Below are positions 50,230-61,665 of a DNA stretch of 64,000 nucleotides, one piece after another. A program made the translations under genes and the position numbers. Source of the DNA: Podarcis cretensis. Its lineage: Eukaryota. Numbering within the stretch: position 1 is the first letter of the stretch; each line of letters opens with the position of its first letter. The DNA is taken from contig OX638160.1 of assembly GCA_951804945.1 (NCBI GenBank), positions 59,706,001 to 59,770,000 on the forward strand, written 5' to 3'. The notes beneath the pieces were generated by a model. It searched no databases. It was given only the letters and a program-made list of their open reading frames with translations, and was not told the origin of the DNA.

Positions 50230-50550
50230 GGCTGTGGCTCCGATCTGGTGGAATACTCTGTCACAAGAGACTAGGGCCCTGTGGGACATCTTTCCGCAGG
50301 GCCTGCAAGACAGAGCTGTTCCACCAGGCCTTTGGCCAGGGCACAGCCTGACTCCCTCCTTCGGCAATCTTTACGGAGCTCAGGCACAATGGTTGCCATT
50401 GGTTTGATTTGAATTAATTTTATAAGGAATGATTTTAGAGTGTTGTGTTGTGTTGTACAGTTGTACTGTTTTATTGTTGTTAGCCGCCCTGAGCCCGGCT
50501 TCGGCTGGGGAGGGCGGGATATAAATAAAATTTATTATTATTATTATTAT
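50230..50550 (+). mobile_element. L2-type LINE 3' end
   Basis: APIWWNTLSQE, 3' hairpin agccgccctgagccc...gggcgg and (ATT)n tail. Confidence 0.75.
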
Positions 50551-50812
50551 ACATCCTCTTCAGAAAGCAGTCATACTTAAACAGCTGTTGGCAAGAGGGA
50601 GGAGCAGCTAAATTCAGCCCCTCTCCCTTTACCTCCCAACAGATGTTTGGTGAGATTACAGTTCTTTGAAAAGAATTTACTGCATACAGTCTTGTCTACT
50701 GGATAAAGGATAAGAGGTGAATGTCTGGTTGTTATGTATGTAGGTGGCTGGGAACACATGCATATTGTGTCTGCCTGGATTAGTATATGACTGGGATTTA
50801 TGGGCAAGTAAA

Positions 50813-50978
50813 GCATAAGAACATAAGAAGAGCCTGCTAGATCAGGCCAGTAGCCCATCTAGTCCAGCGTCCTCTTCTCACAGATGCCTGTGAGAAACCC
50901 ACAAGCAGGACCTCAGCAGAAAGAGCATATGCCTGTCTTGTGGCAGATCGTAGGCCTCATGGCTAGGAGCCACTGATG
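50813..50978 (-). mobile_element. CR1 3' end fragment of the (TTCTTATG)n-tailed type
   Basis: cataagaacataagaagagcctgctagatcaggcc...ccatctagtccagc. Confidence 0.75.
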
Positions 50979-51199
50979 TGTATAGTGCAGGAGTGCAGCT
51001 AAACTCCGGTCATTAGTAACATTATCTTTCAATTAATAACATAATGGTACTCTTCATGTTTTCCAAATCCATCCAAAACCATCAAACACTTTTTCCTGTT
51101 CTACCTATAGTCCGACAGATAAACATTACTTGCCTGTAAGTACACACACAGAAAAACACCAACAACTATTTATGAAATCACACAAAGTATTTTACTAGC

Positions 51200-51342
51200 A
51201 ACCCCTCAGTCAGTAGAGTGTGAGACTCTTAATCTCAGGGCAAATCACACCTCCCTCCCCCACACCTTGGGCAAAAGATTGTACAGGGTTGGACTAGATG
51301 ATCCTTGAGGTCCCTTCCAACACTACAATTCTATGGTTCTAT
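51200..51342 (+). mobile_element. tRNA-Lys-derived SINE with CR1-derived tail, abutting a HECW1 splice acceptor
   Basis: ctcagtcagtagagtgtgagactcttaatctcaggg resembles the 5' half of tRNA-Lys(CTT); ggttggactagatga..ggtcccttccaac..attctatggttctat resembles the CR1 tail at 5518-5583. Confidence 0.8.
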
Positions 51343-51350
51343 CCCTCTAG

Positions 51351-51456
51351 GCGTCGGAGGTCTCTCGAAACAGAGGATTTTCTCTGTTGACCAGGCCAGG
51401 CAACAGTCTTGTAACCGCAATTCGAAATCAGCACCATCATGAGTCTTTACCTCTGG
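51351..51456 (+). CDS. HECW1: HECW1 exon (ASEVSRNRGFSLLTRPGNSLVTAIRNQHHHESLPL)
   Basis: Acceptor ccctctag, donor TGG|gtatgt; 106 nt, phase 0 to 1. Confidence 0.93.
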
Positions 51457-51922
51457 GTATGTATGGCTGCTTTTCAATGAGTTTACATTGTAGCTCTTTA
51501 TAAGTCTCTCCCCACAGGAAGAAAACAGCATTTTGCGTATTTTTTGTGTATTCTTGTTTTTCCATTGTGATCCTATGCAGAGGAAGAGAGGATGAATGGC
51601 TGAAACAAGTCTCTCAGCTCCATTGGAGTGGGTGGGTGCATCACATCTAGGTTTGCAGAGCAAAAGTAGGGGGCAGGAGAAGGATTGAGTACCCCCTCCT
51701 GCCTGCTGCTTTTCCACTTCAAATCATAGCTTCCCTCCTTCTTTGTTGCAGCTTTTCAGCATTCACTCAGGATCCTAGATCTACACCTTTTGGTGAGCGT
51801 TTACTTCAAGCCCTTTATACGCAAGTCACTTCGAACACATGATGAAGTGGGATAAAAGGGCTTTGAATAAATAAACTGCTCCCTTAGGTGAGGTAGCCTG
51901 GATGGCTCTAGGAATTTCCAGG

Positions 51923-52186
51923 TGTTATGTACTGAAGTTCTCACCCTGGGCCAGCAGGGGGATACTGTAGATAGTTTCTACTCAGGTCCATATATGCAAA
52001 TAAGGGATCGAAAGTGACGTTCAGTGATTGGATAGTTACAGAAAGTTGTTACAATTACGTTGTACTGGAGCTCTATATAAGCAGGCTGGTTGAACCCTTC
52101 AGTTCACTTCTGTTCTGACCTGTGAATAAACAAGAGCTGTTTGGAGAATCACTGTGTCATCTGATATGTTCACCCACAACTTAACA
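51923..52186 (+). mobile_element. Solo LTR (264 bp) with 5-bp TSD CCAGG
   Basis: TGTTA...TAACA ends, TATATAA, AATAAA; CCAGG at 51918-51922 and 52187-52191. Confidence 0.88.
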
Positions 52187-52554
52187 CCAGGCGTATTTTA
52201 AAACCCACCTCCCAAGAAGCAGGCCTTCTTCAGCTGAGCTTTCATTGGCTTGTATCTCTCCACTCCTTTACCTGTTAAACCTGCTTTCCTTCTCCAAGTG
52301 TCTTGGAGAAGAGCGAAAGGTTGCAGGAGGGAAGAGTTTCCTGAAGCCTAGAAATTGCCAAGGGACTGCCTGGTGGGTGGCAAATGATGTCAAAAGCATC
52401 ATTTATTTACACAAGGGAATCCTAGGTTGGATTATAAATCCCTTATTTCCTGGGCAGAATGTCCATACGTAAATATTCCTATAGGGAATACTATATGCAC
52501 TAGGAAGTGACTATTCTATTACAGTGATATATATGTATCTGTATTGTACATGTG

Positions 52555-52845
52555 TACGTGAAGGAGCGTCTCCACCCCCGTCGTTCATCCCAGACACAGA
52601 GGTCCAGCTCTGAGGGCCTTCTGGTGGTTCCCTTACTGCAAGAAGTGAAGCTTGGTAGTCTCACCCACCCTGTGGATTGCCCTGCTGGCAGATGTCAAAG
52701 AGTTAAACAACCATATAATTTTTTGTAGACTTTTGAAGGCAGCCTTGCTTTAGGAAGTTTTTAATGTTTAATGTTTTATTATGCTTTTGTATATACTGGA
52801 AGCTGCCCAGAGTGGATGGGGCAACCCAGTCAGATGGGCGGGTTG
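52555..52845 (+). mobile_element. L2-like LINE 3' fragment
   Basis: Homologous to 41770-41997; gaaggagcgtctccacccc...gagggccttctggtggttccc. Confidence 0.7.
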
Positions 52846-53077
52846 ATGGTGGTGGTGGTGGTGGGTGGGTGGGTGGGTGTTCTGCCTTGAATCCTGATAA
52901 GCAGTGTATCTTTTAAAATAGGTTTCATTATTTGTTAAACAAAATTTATTTACTTACTTTACATGTTACCTTTTCTACCAAGGCACCCAAGTGCTTTAAT
53001 GTTTAAAAATGCAAAAACAACAGAATAAGTCTTTAACTGAAATTTCTATAATATTTGTGTTCTTTCCCCCGATCCAG

Positions 53078-53174
53078 CATACAATGATAAAATTGTTGCA
53101 TTTCTACGCCAGCCCAACATCTTTGAAATGCTGCAGGAGCGTCAGCCAAGTTTGGCAAGAAATCATGCACTCAG
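53078..53174 (+). CDS. HECW1: HECW1 exon ([32 protein letters not shown])
   Basis: Acceptor cccgatccag, donor CAG|gtacag; 97 nt, phase 1 to 2. Confidence 0.94.
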
Positions 53175-53584
53175 GTACAGCTTTCTGTAGTTAAATTATT
53201 TAATTATTTTGTTGCATGTAAAATGCGAGGACCCATAGATTGGTGGTAGACTGTGCTTTACATGCACAAGGTCACAGATTCATTCACTGGCGTCTCCAGT
53301 TTAAGCAAGATCTCTGCTATATATAAAGTATCTATATGGAGAATATTGTTGACTACTAATACAGATATTTTAGCAGCAAAGCATTATGTGCTGAAAAGCA
53401 GATTGTAAGCAATGCTTATAACAGCAGAATAACCCCTAGTCATGCGTAGTCTAATAAACCTCTTGTTCCAGTGTATAAATATAATTAAAAAAACCCTGGA
53501 TACTTGAGTCACAACCTGGATACTTGAGCCAAACACAGCCCAACAGCCACATATTATGGTTGGGGCAAGGTGATTAATTATTAT

Positions 53585-54262
53585 CATTTTTATTATTTAT
53601 TATATTTCTATACCACCCTTCATCCGAGGATCACAGGGCGGTTTACTGTATAAAAACAGAAAATACATAAAATAAAAACAAAACAGTAACTCCCCCCCCC
53701 CCAAGTTTAAAAGGCCATAGATTGTTTAATTAGCCAAAGGCCTGGGGAAAGAGGAGTGGCAGCTTCAGTTTGTTGGCTCTTATCCAGTCCATTACTAAGG
53801 CAAGACAATGGTCCAGCACATCTACTGCCACAGATGCAGATGAAAAGGAAAAGTAGAGCTTTGTGTCATCAGCATATTGCTGACAACATACTCCAACAAC
53901 CCAGATGACTCCACTCAGTGTTTCATGAAGATGTTGAACAGATAGAGTTGAGCCCTGTGGAACCCCAGATTGAAGGCTCCATGGGGCTGAAAAGCACCCC
54001 CCAAGCATCACTCTCTGGAAACGACCATCCAAGTAGGACCAGAACCACCACAAAAGGGTGCCACCTACCCCTAACTCAGACAACCGCTCCAGAAGGATAC
54101 TGTGGTTGATGGTATTGAATGCCATTGAGAAGTTGATGAGAATTAACAAGGACACATTTTCCCTGTCTCTCTCCTGACATAGATCATCCTACAGGGCAAC
54201 CAAAGCAGTTTCTGTGCCAAAACCGGGCCTAAGCTCCCAACTGAAATGGATCTAGCAAACCA
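53585..54262 (-). mobile_element. L2 LINE fragment (RT core joined to the 3' tail by an internal deletion)
   Basis: Minus ORF 53730..54155 contains GVPQGSTLS and QQYADDTKLY (RT motifs). Confidence 0.9.
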
Positions 54263-55630
54263 GTTTCCTCCAATAGAACCTTAACACACACACACAACCT
54301 CAGAAACTCCATTGTTGCTGTCCTAGACAGGCAGCAAAAGCAGGAGGTTTATTGAATGGGCTCTCACATGCACATGGTGGAATGAATTGCGATTTTCAGG
54401 GAGAACCTGAGCTGATGGAAGTAGCATTACTTAACTGTCACCTGTCAAGGATGTTAATTTTTGCAAACTCCACTGTGGTCTAGGCTATCAATAAATTCTG
54501 TTTTATTACGAATATAACAGAGAATATCCAGATTTTCGTAGTGAGATTTTTTCCCCACCCCTGCCCAATTTTCTTCACCACCACCCCAATCTCTCATTTT
54601 TTTTCTAGCCTTGCTTGCCAATTTGTCTTATTTAGTTCTGAAGACTAGTCAAAAGAGACAACAAGGAATTATGCTTCGCCTTTCTTCCACTCACTGCTCT
54701 TCCACTAGCTCATCCCCCACCACCACCACCATGGGGGAAAATGTATGTTAGACCCTTGTATCTCAGATAAACAAAGGTCTAGAAACCCAGTAGGAGTAAA
54801 AACTGTCGGCAGAGGGAGAGCTCTTGCAGGAGAGTTAGGCACTCTCTCTCTCCAATGCATGCTGCTTTCCCTCTGCAAATCACTCTTCCTATTTCAGAAC
54901 TGGGAAATTGGCTGCTAAGCTAACATTACATGCAATTGCAACATTAAAAGGTGGACCCTCGGTGATTGCTATTTTGGATACACAATTTTGCTTCAGAAAA
55001 AGAAATGAGCCTTATCATCCCCTTGAGATTGCCAGGCTACAGGTGGCAGAGAAGGGGGAAAGCCATGACACACAGAAATATGCCTACTTTCCCCCATTTC
55101 TGTGCCCTCCTGTGTCTCCCTGCCACCACCAGTACTGTGAAATTCCATACACGACTTCCAGGTTTTGCAAAGCTTTCTACTCCTGTTGCCCCTTCTTTCC
55201 TTTTCCTCAAGTATCTTTCTTTTTCCTTTACACTTCCTTCAGATTCTTCTTTTTCAACCCCTTTCTCACTCTGTACCTCCTCTTTAGCCTTTGAGCATCT
55301 TGTCTCCTTACTTCCTTGGGTTTCCTCCCCATTCTTCAGCCTTCTTTGAAATGTTTCTCACATTTATCTCTAATACTCACGTGAGGTTTTAATTTCAGAC
55401 AATCTGACATCATTCCCTTCTCTGACACATTCTGGACTGCAAAGAAAATCCAATGGAATATAAATTGATTTCACTCAAGACATTGATTATAGGAATCAGA
55501 GTATTTCCCAGCACTAGCTATTTTTATATTGGCTTTTTGGAGAGAAACAGAATTGGTGTTGCAGAAACAAGGTACATCTATGTTTCCCTTAGTCCCATTG
55601 CAACTTCCTTCTGTGTTGTTCACTTTACAG

Positions 55631-55714
55631 GGAAAAGATCCACTACATTCGGACAGAAGGTACACATGGGCTTGAGAAGTTGTCCTGTGATGCAGATTTA
55701 GTAATACTACTGAG
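55631..55714 (+). CDS. HECW1: HECW1 exon ([28 protein letters not shown])
   Basis: Acceptor cactttacag, donor GAG|gtaata; 84 nt, phase 2 to 2. Confidence 0.94.
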
Positions 55715-56140
55715 GTAATAAAATTGGCAATAACTGTTATACTTTTCATCCTGCTTCTAAGCAGGTCCCTTCCAGCTGCTTCCCAGCAAGACACACCCCT
55801 AACCCGGGGGAATTTCTATGCATGTATCACGCACAATTGAGAGAATATCAATGCTGAGTTCCTTGTAAGAGAGGCAAGAACATCTCTAGAATTAATGCAA
55901 CTTGTAAATTGGCTTTTAAAAAATCTAGTCCTACCTCAGATAAAATGAAAATATTGGCAAAAGTATGTCTGTATTTCATACTTCTAGGTTATTGTAGCCA
56001 ATATTAGTCATACTCTGAGCAGTGCCGTTGAAATAAATAACATCTACTCTTGAGTATTACTCAGTTGGCTATCAACTGATGTCCTCCTTTGATAGTTTTC
56101 TGATATAAAAAGGCTTCTCTTGTCCAGTTTTTAGACCTAA

Positions 56141-56498
56141 GCAGGTGGCGCTGTGGGTTAAAGCCTCAGCGCCTAGGACTTGCCGATCGAAAGGTCGGCG
56201 GTTCGAATCCCTGCGGCGGGGTGCGCTCCCGCTGCTCGGTCCCAGCGCCTGCCAACCTAGCAGTTCGAAAGCACCTCCGGGTGCAAGTAGATAAATAGGG
56301 ACCGCTTACCAGCGGGAAGGTAAACGGCGTTTCCGTGTGCGGCTCTGGCTCGCAAGAGCAGCGATGCCACGCTGGCCACGTGACCCAGAAGTGTCTCCGG
56401 ACAGCGCTGGCCCCTGGCCTCTTAAGTGAGATGGGCGCACAACCCCAGAGTCTGTCAAGACTGGCCCGTATGGGCAGGGGTACCTTTACCTTTACCTT
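56141..56498 (+). mobile_element. Sauria SINE, first unit of a head-to-tail pair
   Basis: Full body with (ACCTTT)n tail; lacks the first ~5 nt. Confidence 0.95.
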
Positions 56499-56511
56499 TA
56501 TGGGGCAGCCT

Positions 56512-56869
56512 GGGACGCAGGTGGCGCTGTGGGTTAAAGCCTCAGCGCCTAGGGCTTGCCAATCGAAAGGTCGCGGTTCGAATCCCTGCGGCGGGGTGCG
56601 CTCCCGCTGCTCGGTCCCAGCGCCTGCCAACCTAGCAGTTCGAAAGCACCTCCGGGTGCAAGTAGATAAATAGGGACCGCTTACCAGCGGGAAGGTAAAC
56701 GGCGTTTCCGTGTGCGGCTCTGGCTCTGGCCAGAGCAGCGATGTCACGCTGGCCACGTGACCCGGAAGTGTCTCCGGACAGCGCTGGCCCCTGGCCTCTT
56801 AAGTGAGATGGGCGCACAACCCCAGAGTCTGTCAAGACTGGCCCGTACGGGCAGGGGTACCTTTACCTT
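56512..56869 (+). mobile_element. Sauria SINE, second unit, flanked by a 15-bp direct repeat
   Basis: TTTATGGGGCAGCCT at 56497-56511 and 56870-56884. Confidence 0.95.
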
Positions 56870-57259
56870 TTTATGGGGCAGCCTGGAGCCTATGCCCAAC
56901 TCACGGAAAAGGATAGACTGAAAAAGCTAGGTCTAAGGGAACCTCAATCATCTCATGACAGTTCAGGGAATGGGGCTCTGGAATTATTTATTGTTTGTAG
57001 AGCTGACTGAGTAGGAGGAGGAAGTGTGGCAGCACCGACACTTTAGAACGCCCTGCCTACTGATATCAAGGCAGGTGTTTTCACTGTATTCTTTTTGATG
57101 CCTGCTGGAGACATTCTTATTTGGTTTAGAAAGTTTGTGTGCGTTTTAATCTGTATTGGTCTATTTTATTGTGGTTTTAACTGTATTTTTTAAATTGTAT
57201 TTGTAATTTTTTTAAGTGATAATTTTATTGTTTAATCTTTTTTGAGGCTATTTCCTACA

Positions 57260-57515
57260 GATTGCGGTTGAATCCTGACAAGACAGAAGTACTGTTTTGG
57301 GGGGACAGGGGGGGACAGCTGTGGGGGACTCCATGGTCCTGAATGGGGTAACCGTGCCCCTAAAGGACCAGGTGCGCAGCCTGGGAGTCATTTTGGACTC
57401 ACAGTTGTCCATGGAAGCGCAGGTCAATTCTGTGTCCAGGGCAGCTGTCTGCCAGCTCCATCTGGTACGCAGGCTAAGACCCTATCTGCCCACGGACTGT
57501 CTCGCCAGAGTGGTC
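57260..57515 (+). mobile_element. L2 LINE internal ORF2 fragment
   Basis: LNPDKTEV, then DQVRSLGVILDSQLSMEAQV and LHLVRRLRPYL. Confidence 0.85.
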
Positions 57516-57722
57516 TGCTTGTTTTGGGGAAGTGACTGCTCAGGGCTGGAGGGGATTTGAAACACTAACAACAGATTTTAATCAATAGAATGCTCCCTAT
57601 TAAAACATAACAAAGTCGTGGACAAATTAATTATTGTAGTTCACAGATTGCCCAATCTCCATATCTGTGTGCATTTGTCACAAGCAAATGAACCAAGCTT
57701 CTCCTATTTCTCACCTTGTCAG

Positions 57723-57832
57723 CCTTTTTGAAGAAGACGTTATGTCTTACATCCCTCTTCAAGCAGCTTTCCATCCTGGCTACAGCTTTTCTCCTCGCTG
57801 TTCCCCCTGCTCATCACCTCAGAATTCTCCAG
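57723..57832 (+). CDS. HECW1: HECW1 exon ([36 protein letters not shown])
   Basis: Acceptor ccttgtcag, donor CAG|gtacag; 110 nt, phase 2 to 1. Confidence 0.94.
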
Positions 57833-58429
57833 GTACAGCACTGGGAAATAATATTATCTGGTCAGATGCTTGTTTCTTGTTTCTCAAAATGTTTTGTGTG
57901 ATAGAAGAAAGGGGAGGGGGCTACCATGTTGTCTCCCCCTCCCCTTAAGTGGCTATATTTTTATTTCAAGATATGTTGATAGAATTATGTAAACAGAGAA
58001 TAAAAGTACTTTTGAAGCAATGGAGTGGGGGAGATTCAGCGGGCATTCCATTTCATGTGTCCCTTTGGGTGCAAAAAAGCAGATATTCCCCCCACCCACC
58101 CACCCACCCACTTTGTATCTCTACAGGGCAGATACATGAACGATAAATGTACTGCACCCCTCCCCAACCACATCTAGTTTGGCCCTAAAAATCTTAAGGA
58201 AACTAACATGGTGAGTATTCTGATGGAAAGAAATCCTTTTGAAGCCCTCCGACAGTCGCACATGCTCCCCTAGGCAATTGCGTGTCAGCTTCCAAACATT
58301 TGAAACAGGCCACATGTTGTCCCTGTGAAATAAATGTGTAAGGTGCCTTAGCAAATGTTCGTTGAAAACATTGCTTGTATGAAGTTGCAACGCTTCTTTA
58401 AATGCTGTCTTCTGTTTTCCCCTCCTAAG

Positions 58430-58550
58430 GCTTACAGCGGGCCAGTGCAAGAGCCCCCTCTCCTTACAGGAGAGATTTTGAAGCCAAGCTTCGCAACTTT
58501 TACCGAAAACTAGAAGCCAAAGGATTTGGTCAGGGACCAGGTAAAATTAA
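58430..58550 (+). CDS. HECW1: HECW1 exon ([41 protein letters not shown])
   Basis: Acceptor cctcctaag, donor TAA|gtaagt; 121 nt, phase 1 to 2. Confidence 0.94.
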
Positions 58551-58984
58551 GTAAGTGTGTGTTATTGAACCCTTTCTATTATTTTCCTGAGGACAAGTAA
58601 AAAGGGGGGGAGGGGGCCCTGTTGGGAATGTTTACAGTTTATATGGCAGAGACAAATCAAGAACAGGAAACAAAGGAAAGCGCAAAATATGCAGCTTGTG
58701 ATCTTTGAGAATTCAGAATGGGTAGGTTGGGGCATAGGAAGCAAGAAAAATCTCCCACTCATCATGTGTCATCTAGGGGGGAATACTAGTGGTGTGTTAA
58801 TGGTATGTAGGTGATTTGTGGTCCATTGTTCTGAACGTAGGCAGTTCCTGATCACAAGAGATCACAGAGCCACTAGTTAACTGGGGTGAGGAAAGCAGGG
58901 AGGGCTTTCTAGCCCAACATACCAGACATCCTTCTTCCCTGGACAGTCCTGTTTCTGCAGCTGAAGCACATGTGCTAAGAGAAA

Positions 58985-58987
<3 letters not shown>

Positions 58988-59021
<34 letters not shown>
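58988..59021. repeat. (CTG)n trinucleotide repeat, intronic
   Basis: Direct reading, about 11 units. Confidence 0.9.
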
Positions 59022-59022
<1 letters not shown>

Positions 59023-59257
59023 TTTTACTCAAAACATTCACTCAAAATTGTGCAACCGGGCAAGATTTCTAATCCATAAAAAGTCTAATAACAAGTCCAG
59101 AAGTTAAATACATGTTGTATATAGATGCTGTGTATGTTGACTTTCATCGCTGATACTTGGACTAAACTAAAACATTACATGTAAGTAAGGAAAATTGATT
59201 GTGTTTAAAGCTGTTTCTCCCTGGGAGTAGCTCTATCCATGGAGACAGGATTTTCAG

Positions 59258-59720
59258 CATAAGAACATAAGAATAGTCTTTCAGATCAGGCAGTTCCCAC
59301 AGCATCCATTTCTCCCATGCTTTCTAAGCATATGTCCAAGCAGTTTTCTGTTTGCCCTGCTACTTTCCGCAGGCAAACCCTCTCTTTAATGCTGAATTAG
59401 AACAAACATCAATCTGCCGAAAACTCAACTGACGTTTGCTACAGTTGAGCAGTAAAAGGAGGGTTTCCCTGGGGGAAAGTGGTGGGACAAGCAGAAGTTT
59501 GGATGAACCATCCCTGCTCCTGGGGGAGTGAGTTCCACAGTTTTAGTATGCAGTGGCAGAGGAAGGGGGGAGGAGCGGTCCACCCTGGGTGTGAAGAAGA
59601 ACCTTCTTTTATCTGTCCTGAATCTTCCATAGAAGTGGAAGGTCTCCTGCAAGGTGTCAGGCAGTGTTCAATAATAAATACATTCCAGAGCCCCATAGAG
59701 AACACCCTGTTGGGAAAATG
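59258..59720 (-). mobile_element. Degenerate CR1 3' fragment
   Basis: cataagaacataagaa tail; minus frames give GRFRTDKRRFFFT and KLWNSLPQE. Confidence 0.7.
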
Positions 59721-60712
59721 TTTATCTGAGTGTTTCTTGTTCTTTTAATTTTGATTTTATGTAATTGTTGCATGTCATATGTTCTAATGTAAACAAAGAT
59801 ATATCTCAATGCAACCATGTTAAGCAGTATAAAGATTAAAATGAATAAAAACTATGTTACCAAAAGAAAGAAAGAAAGAAAGCTCTGCTGGGGAGGAATA
59901 GTACTCAAAAGATGATAGGCATGAAAAGATTTAAACTCTCCTTCTCCCCGATTATTCAGTACAAATTGCCCCTCTCAAATCTGCTTTTCCCTATGAGAAA
60001 GGAGCTTTTGTGGCTTAAAGACATGCATTGCTTAACATGCTTTCTGAATATTTTGAGATCTGACCTGTATAATTTTCTGATGCTGGGCTGTGCAATTCAC
60101 ATTCTGAGTGGTTTGGCAGCAGACTTGCCTATCTATACCCTTTTCCAAGGGATAGTCAGAAATATGCAATGCCTCAGCCTTGAAAGTTCAGCCTGGCTTC
60201 TGTCCCAAACCACTTTCATAGCTTTGAAAACTAAACAATTAAATCTAGATGAGTGTCATGGGCAGAATATGCTACCCTGAGCCAGGAGATGCCCTAGTTG
60301 CTGATTACTTGCTCATGCCATCGGATCTTGCTATGCAGGTTCAAGGGGAGAATCCAGAAAAGGGTAATGTTCCATTCCTAAAAGGGCTGCATTGATTGAA
60401 ATATTATTGAACACTTGAGTGCTTCTATTGAAGGGGAGCTGAAAAGAATGTGAAATTAGACCATTCCAATTCTGTATTTTAAAATAAGCATTTCCTATAC
60501 ATGTCAAATTATTTGGATACTTTTCTAAAACCTTTCTCCTTATCTAATACATTTATATGTTGAAGGTTGTAGGCATACTATGGGACATGTTCAGGCATTG
60601 CAATCTGGGAAGACATTTCAGCTTGATATGATATGAATATTAAAGAATCTTGCATACCTCTGTTATCAGCTGAAACACTGTACTTATTCTGGAGCCATGG
60701 TGGTTTGAAAAG

Positions 60713-60948
60713 AGCCAGTGTGGTGTAGTGGTTAGAGTGCTGGACTAGGACCTGGCAGACCAGGGTTCAAATCACCCACTCGGCCATAAAGTTCACTGAG
60801 TGACCTTGACTCCAGTCACTGCCTCTTGGCTTAACCTACCTCACAGGGTTGTTGTTGTGATTAAATAATGAGGGGGGGGGCAACCATGTATGCCAGCTTG
60901 AGCTCCTTGGTCAAAAAAAGGTAGGATGCGAATGCAATAAATGATAAA
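60713..60948 (+). mobile_element. tRNA-derived SINE (Squam3/MIR-like)
   Basis: Box A tggtgtagtgg, box B ggttcaaatc, core gtgaccttg...acctacctcacagggttgttg, A-rich tail. Confidence 0.85.
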
Positions 60949-61359
60949 ATCAATATCAGTCGCCTAAAGGCCCCCTTCTACAGTAGGTGCTGGCACAGCC
61001 CCTCATAATCAGGTGGTCTAATGAAAAGCCCAACATACAAAGCCCATACGCCTCAACATTCCTCAGATGAAAATGGGGACACTTCTCAATCCCTCCTTGA
61101 CCCCCTTGACCCCCACCCCTGAGCATTTCCTAGCAGAAGAAGGGTGGGTGTCACCACTACTACTCAAATGGGACACAGCACACACCCCACCATCCTGAGA
61201 AAATTCTTTAATCCCAATCTTATTTTATTATTTGGTAGATTTACAAAAAGAAAAACATACACCAATGAATAAAATTTAGAAAGCAGCAGGGTTAAATGCA
61301 GACACACAAAGCATAATAAAGACTCCTTATGCTCCGCTCTGCTCCCCCTTCTTTTCTTT

Positions 61360-61665
61360 AAAAAAATATATTTTAGGTTTCAAAAGTTTACAAATTTGAT
61401 ACATATTTTCCCAATTCACATTCATTTCAGATTTGACTTCCCCTCCACCGCTCCATTGTTTTCCCTTATTTTCTAAAATTGCTGCATATTATGATTATTC
61501 TATGTGATATATATTATCCAGCACATATTTTACTGCTGTACTTCATTCAGATCCGACCTGCATCTTTACATGTTTACAATAATTCTTTAAATATTCAACA
61601 AAGGGTTTCCAGTACTCCTTATAGTCTGCATCTTCTTGATCTCTATTTGTTATAGATTTGCTAAA
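61360..61665 (-). mobile_element. L1-like LINE 3' end fragment
   Basis: Minus strand reads DYKEYWKPFVEYLK (W..F..YL, typical of the L1 ORF2 C-terminus), followed by a 3' UTR-like stretch. Confidence 0.5.

Noticed and set aside
51200-51275. Functional tRNA-Lys gene
   Set aside because: The T-arm/box B and acceptor stem are disrupted, and the sequence continues into a CR1-type tail, so it is a SINE head.
56166-56756. 196-aa ORF with an internal repeat
   Set aside because: Antisense reading of the two tandem SINEs.
58538-58546. Alternative donor CAG|gtaaaa 10 nt upstream of the called donor
   Set aside because: It would shift the frame and remove the conserved GKIK residues.
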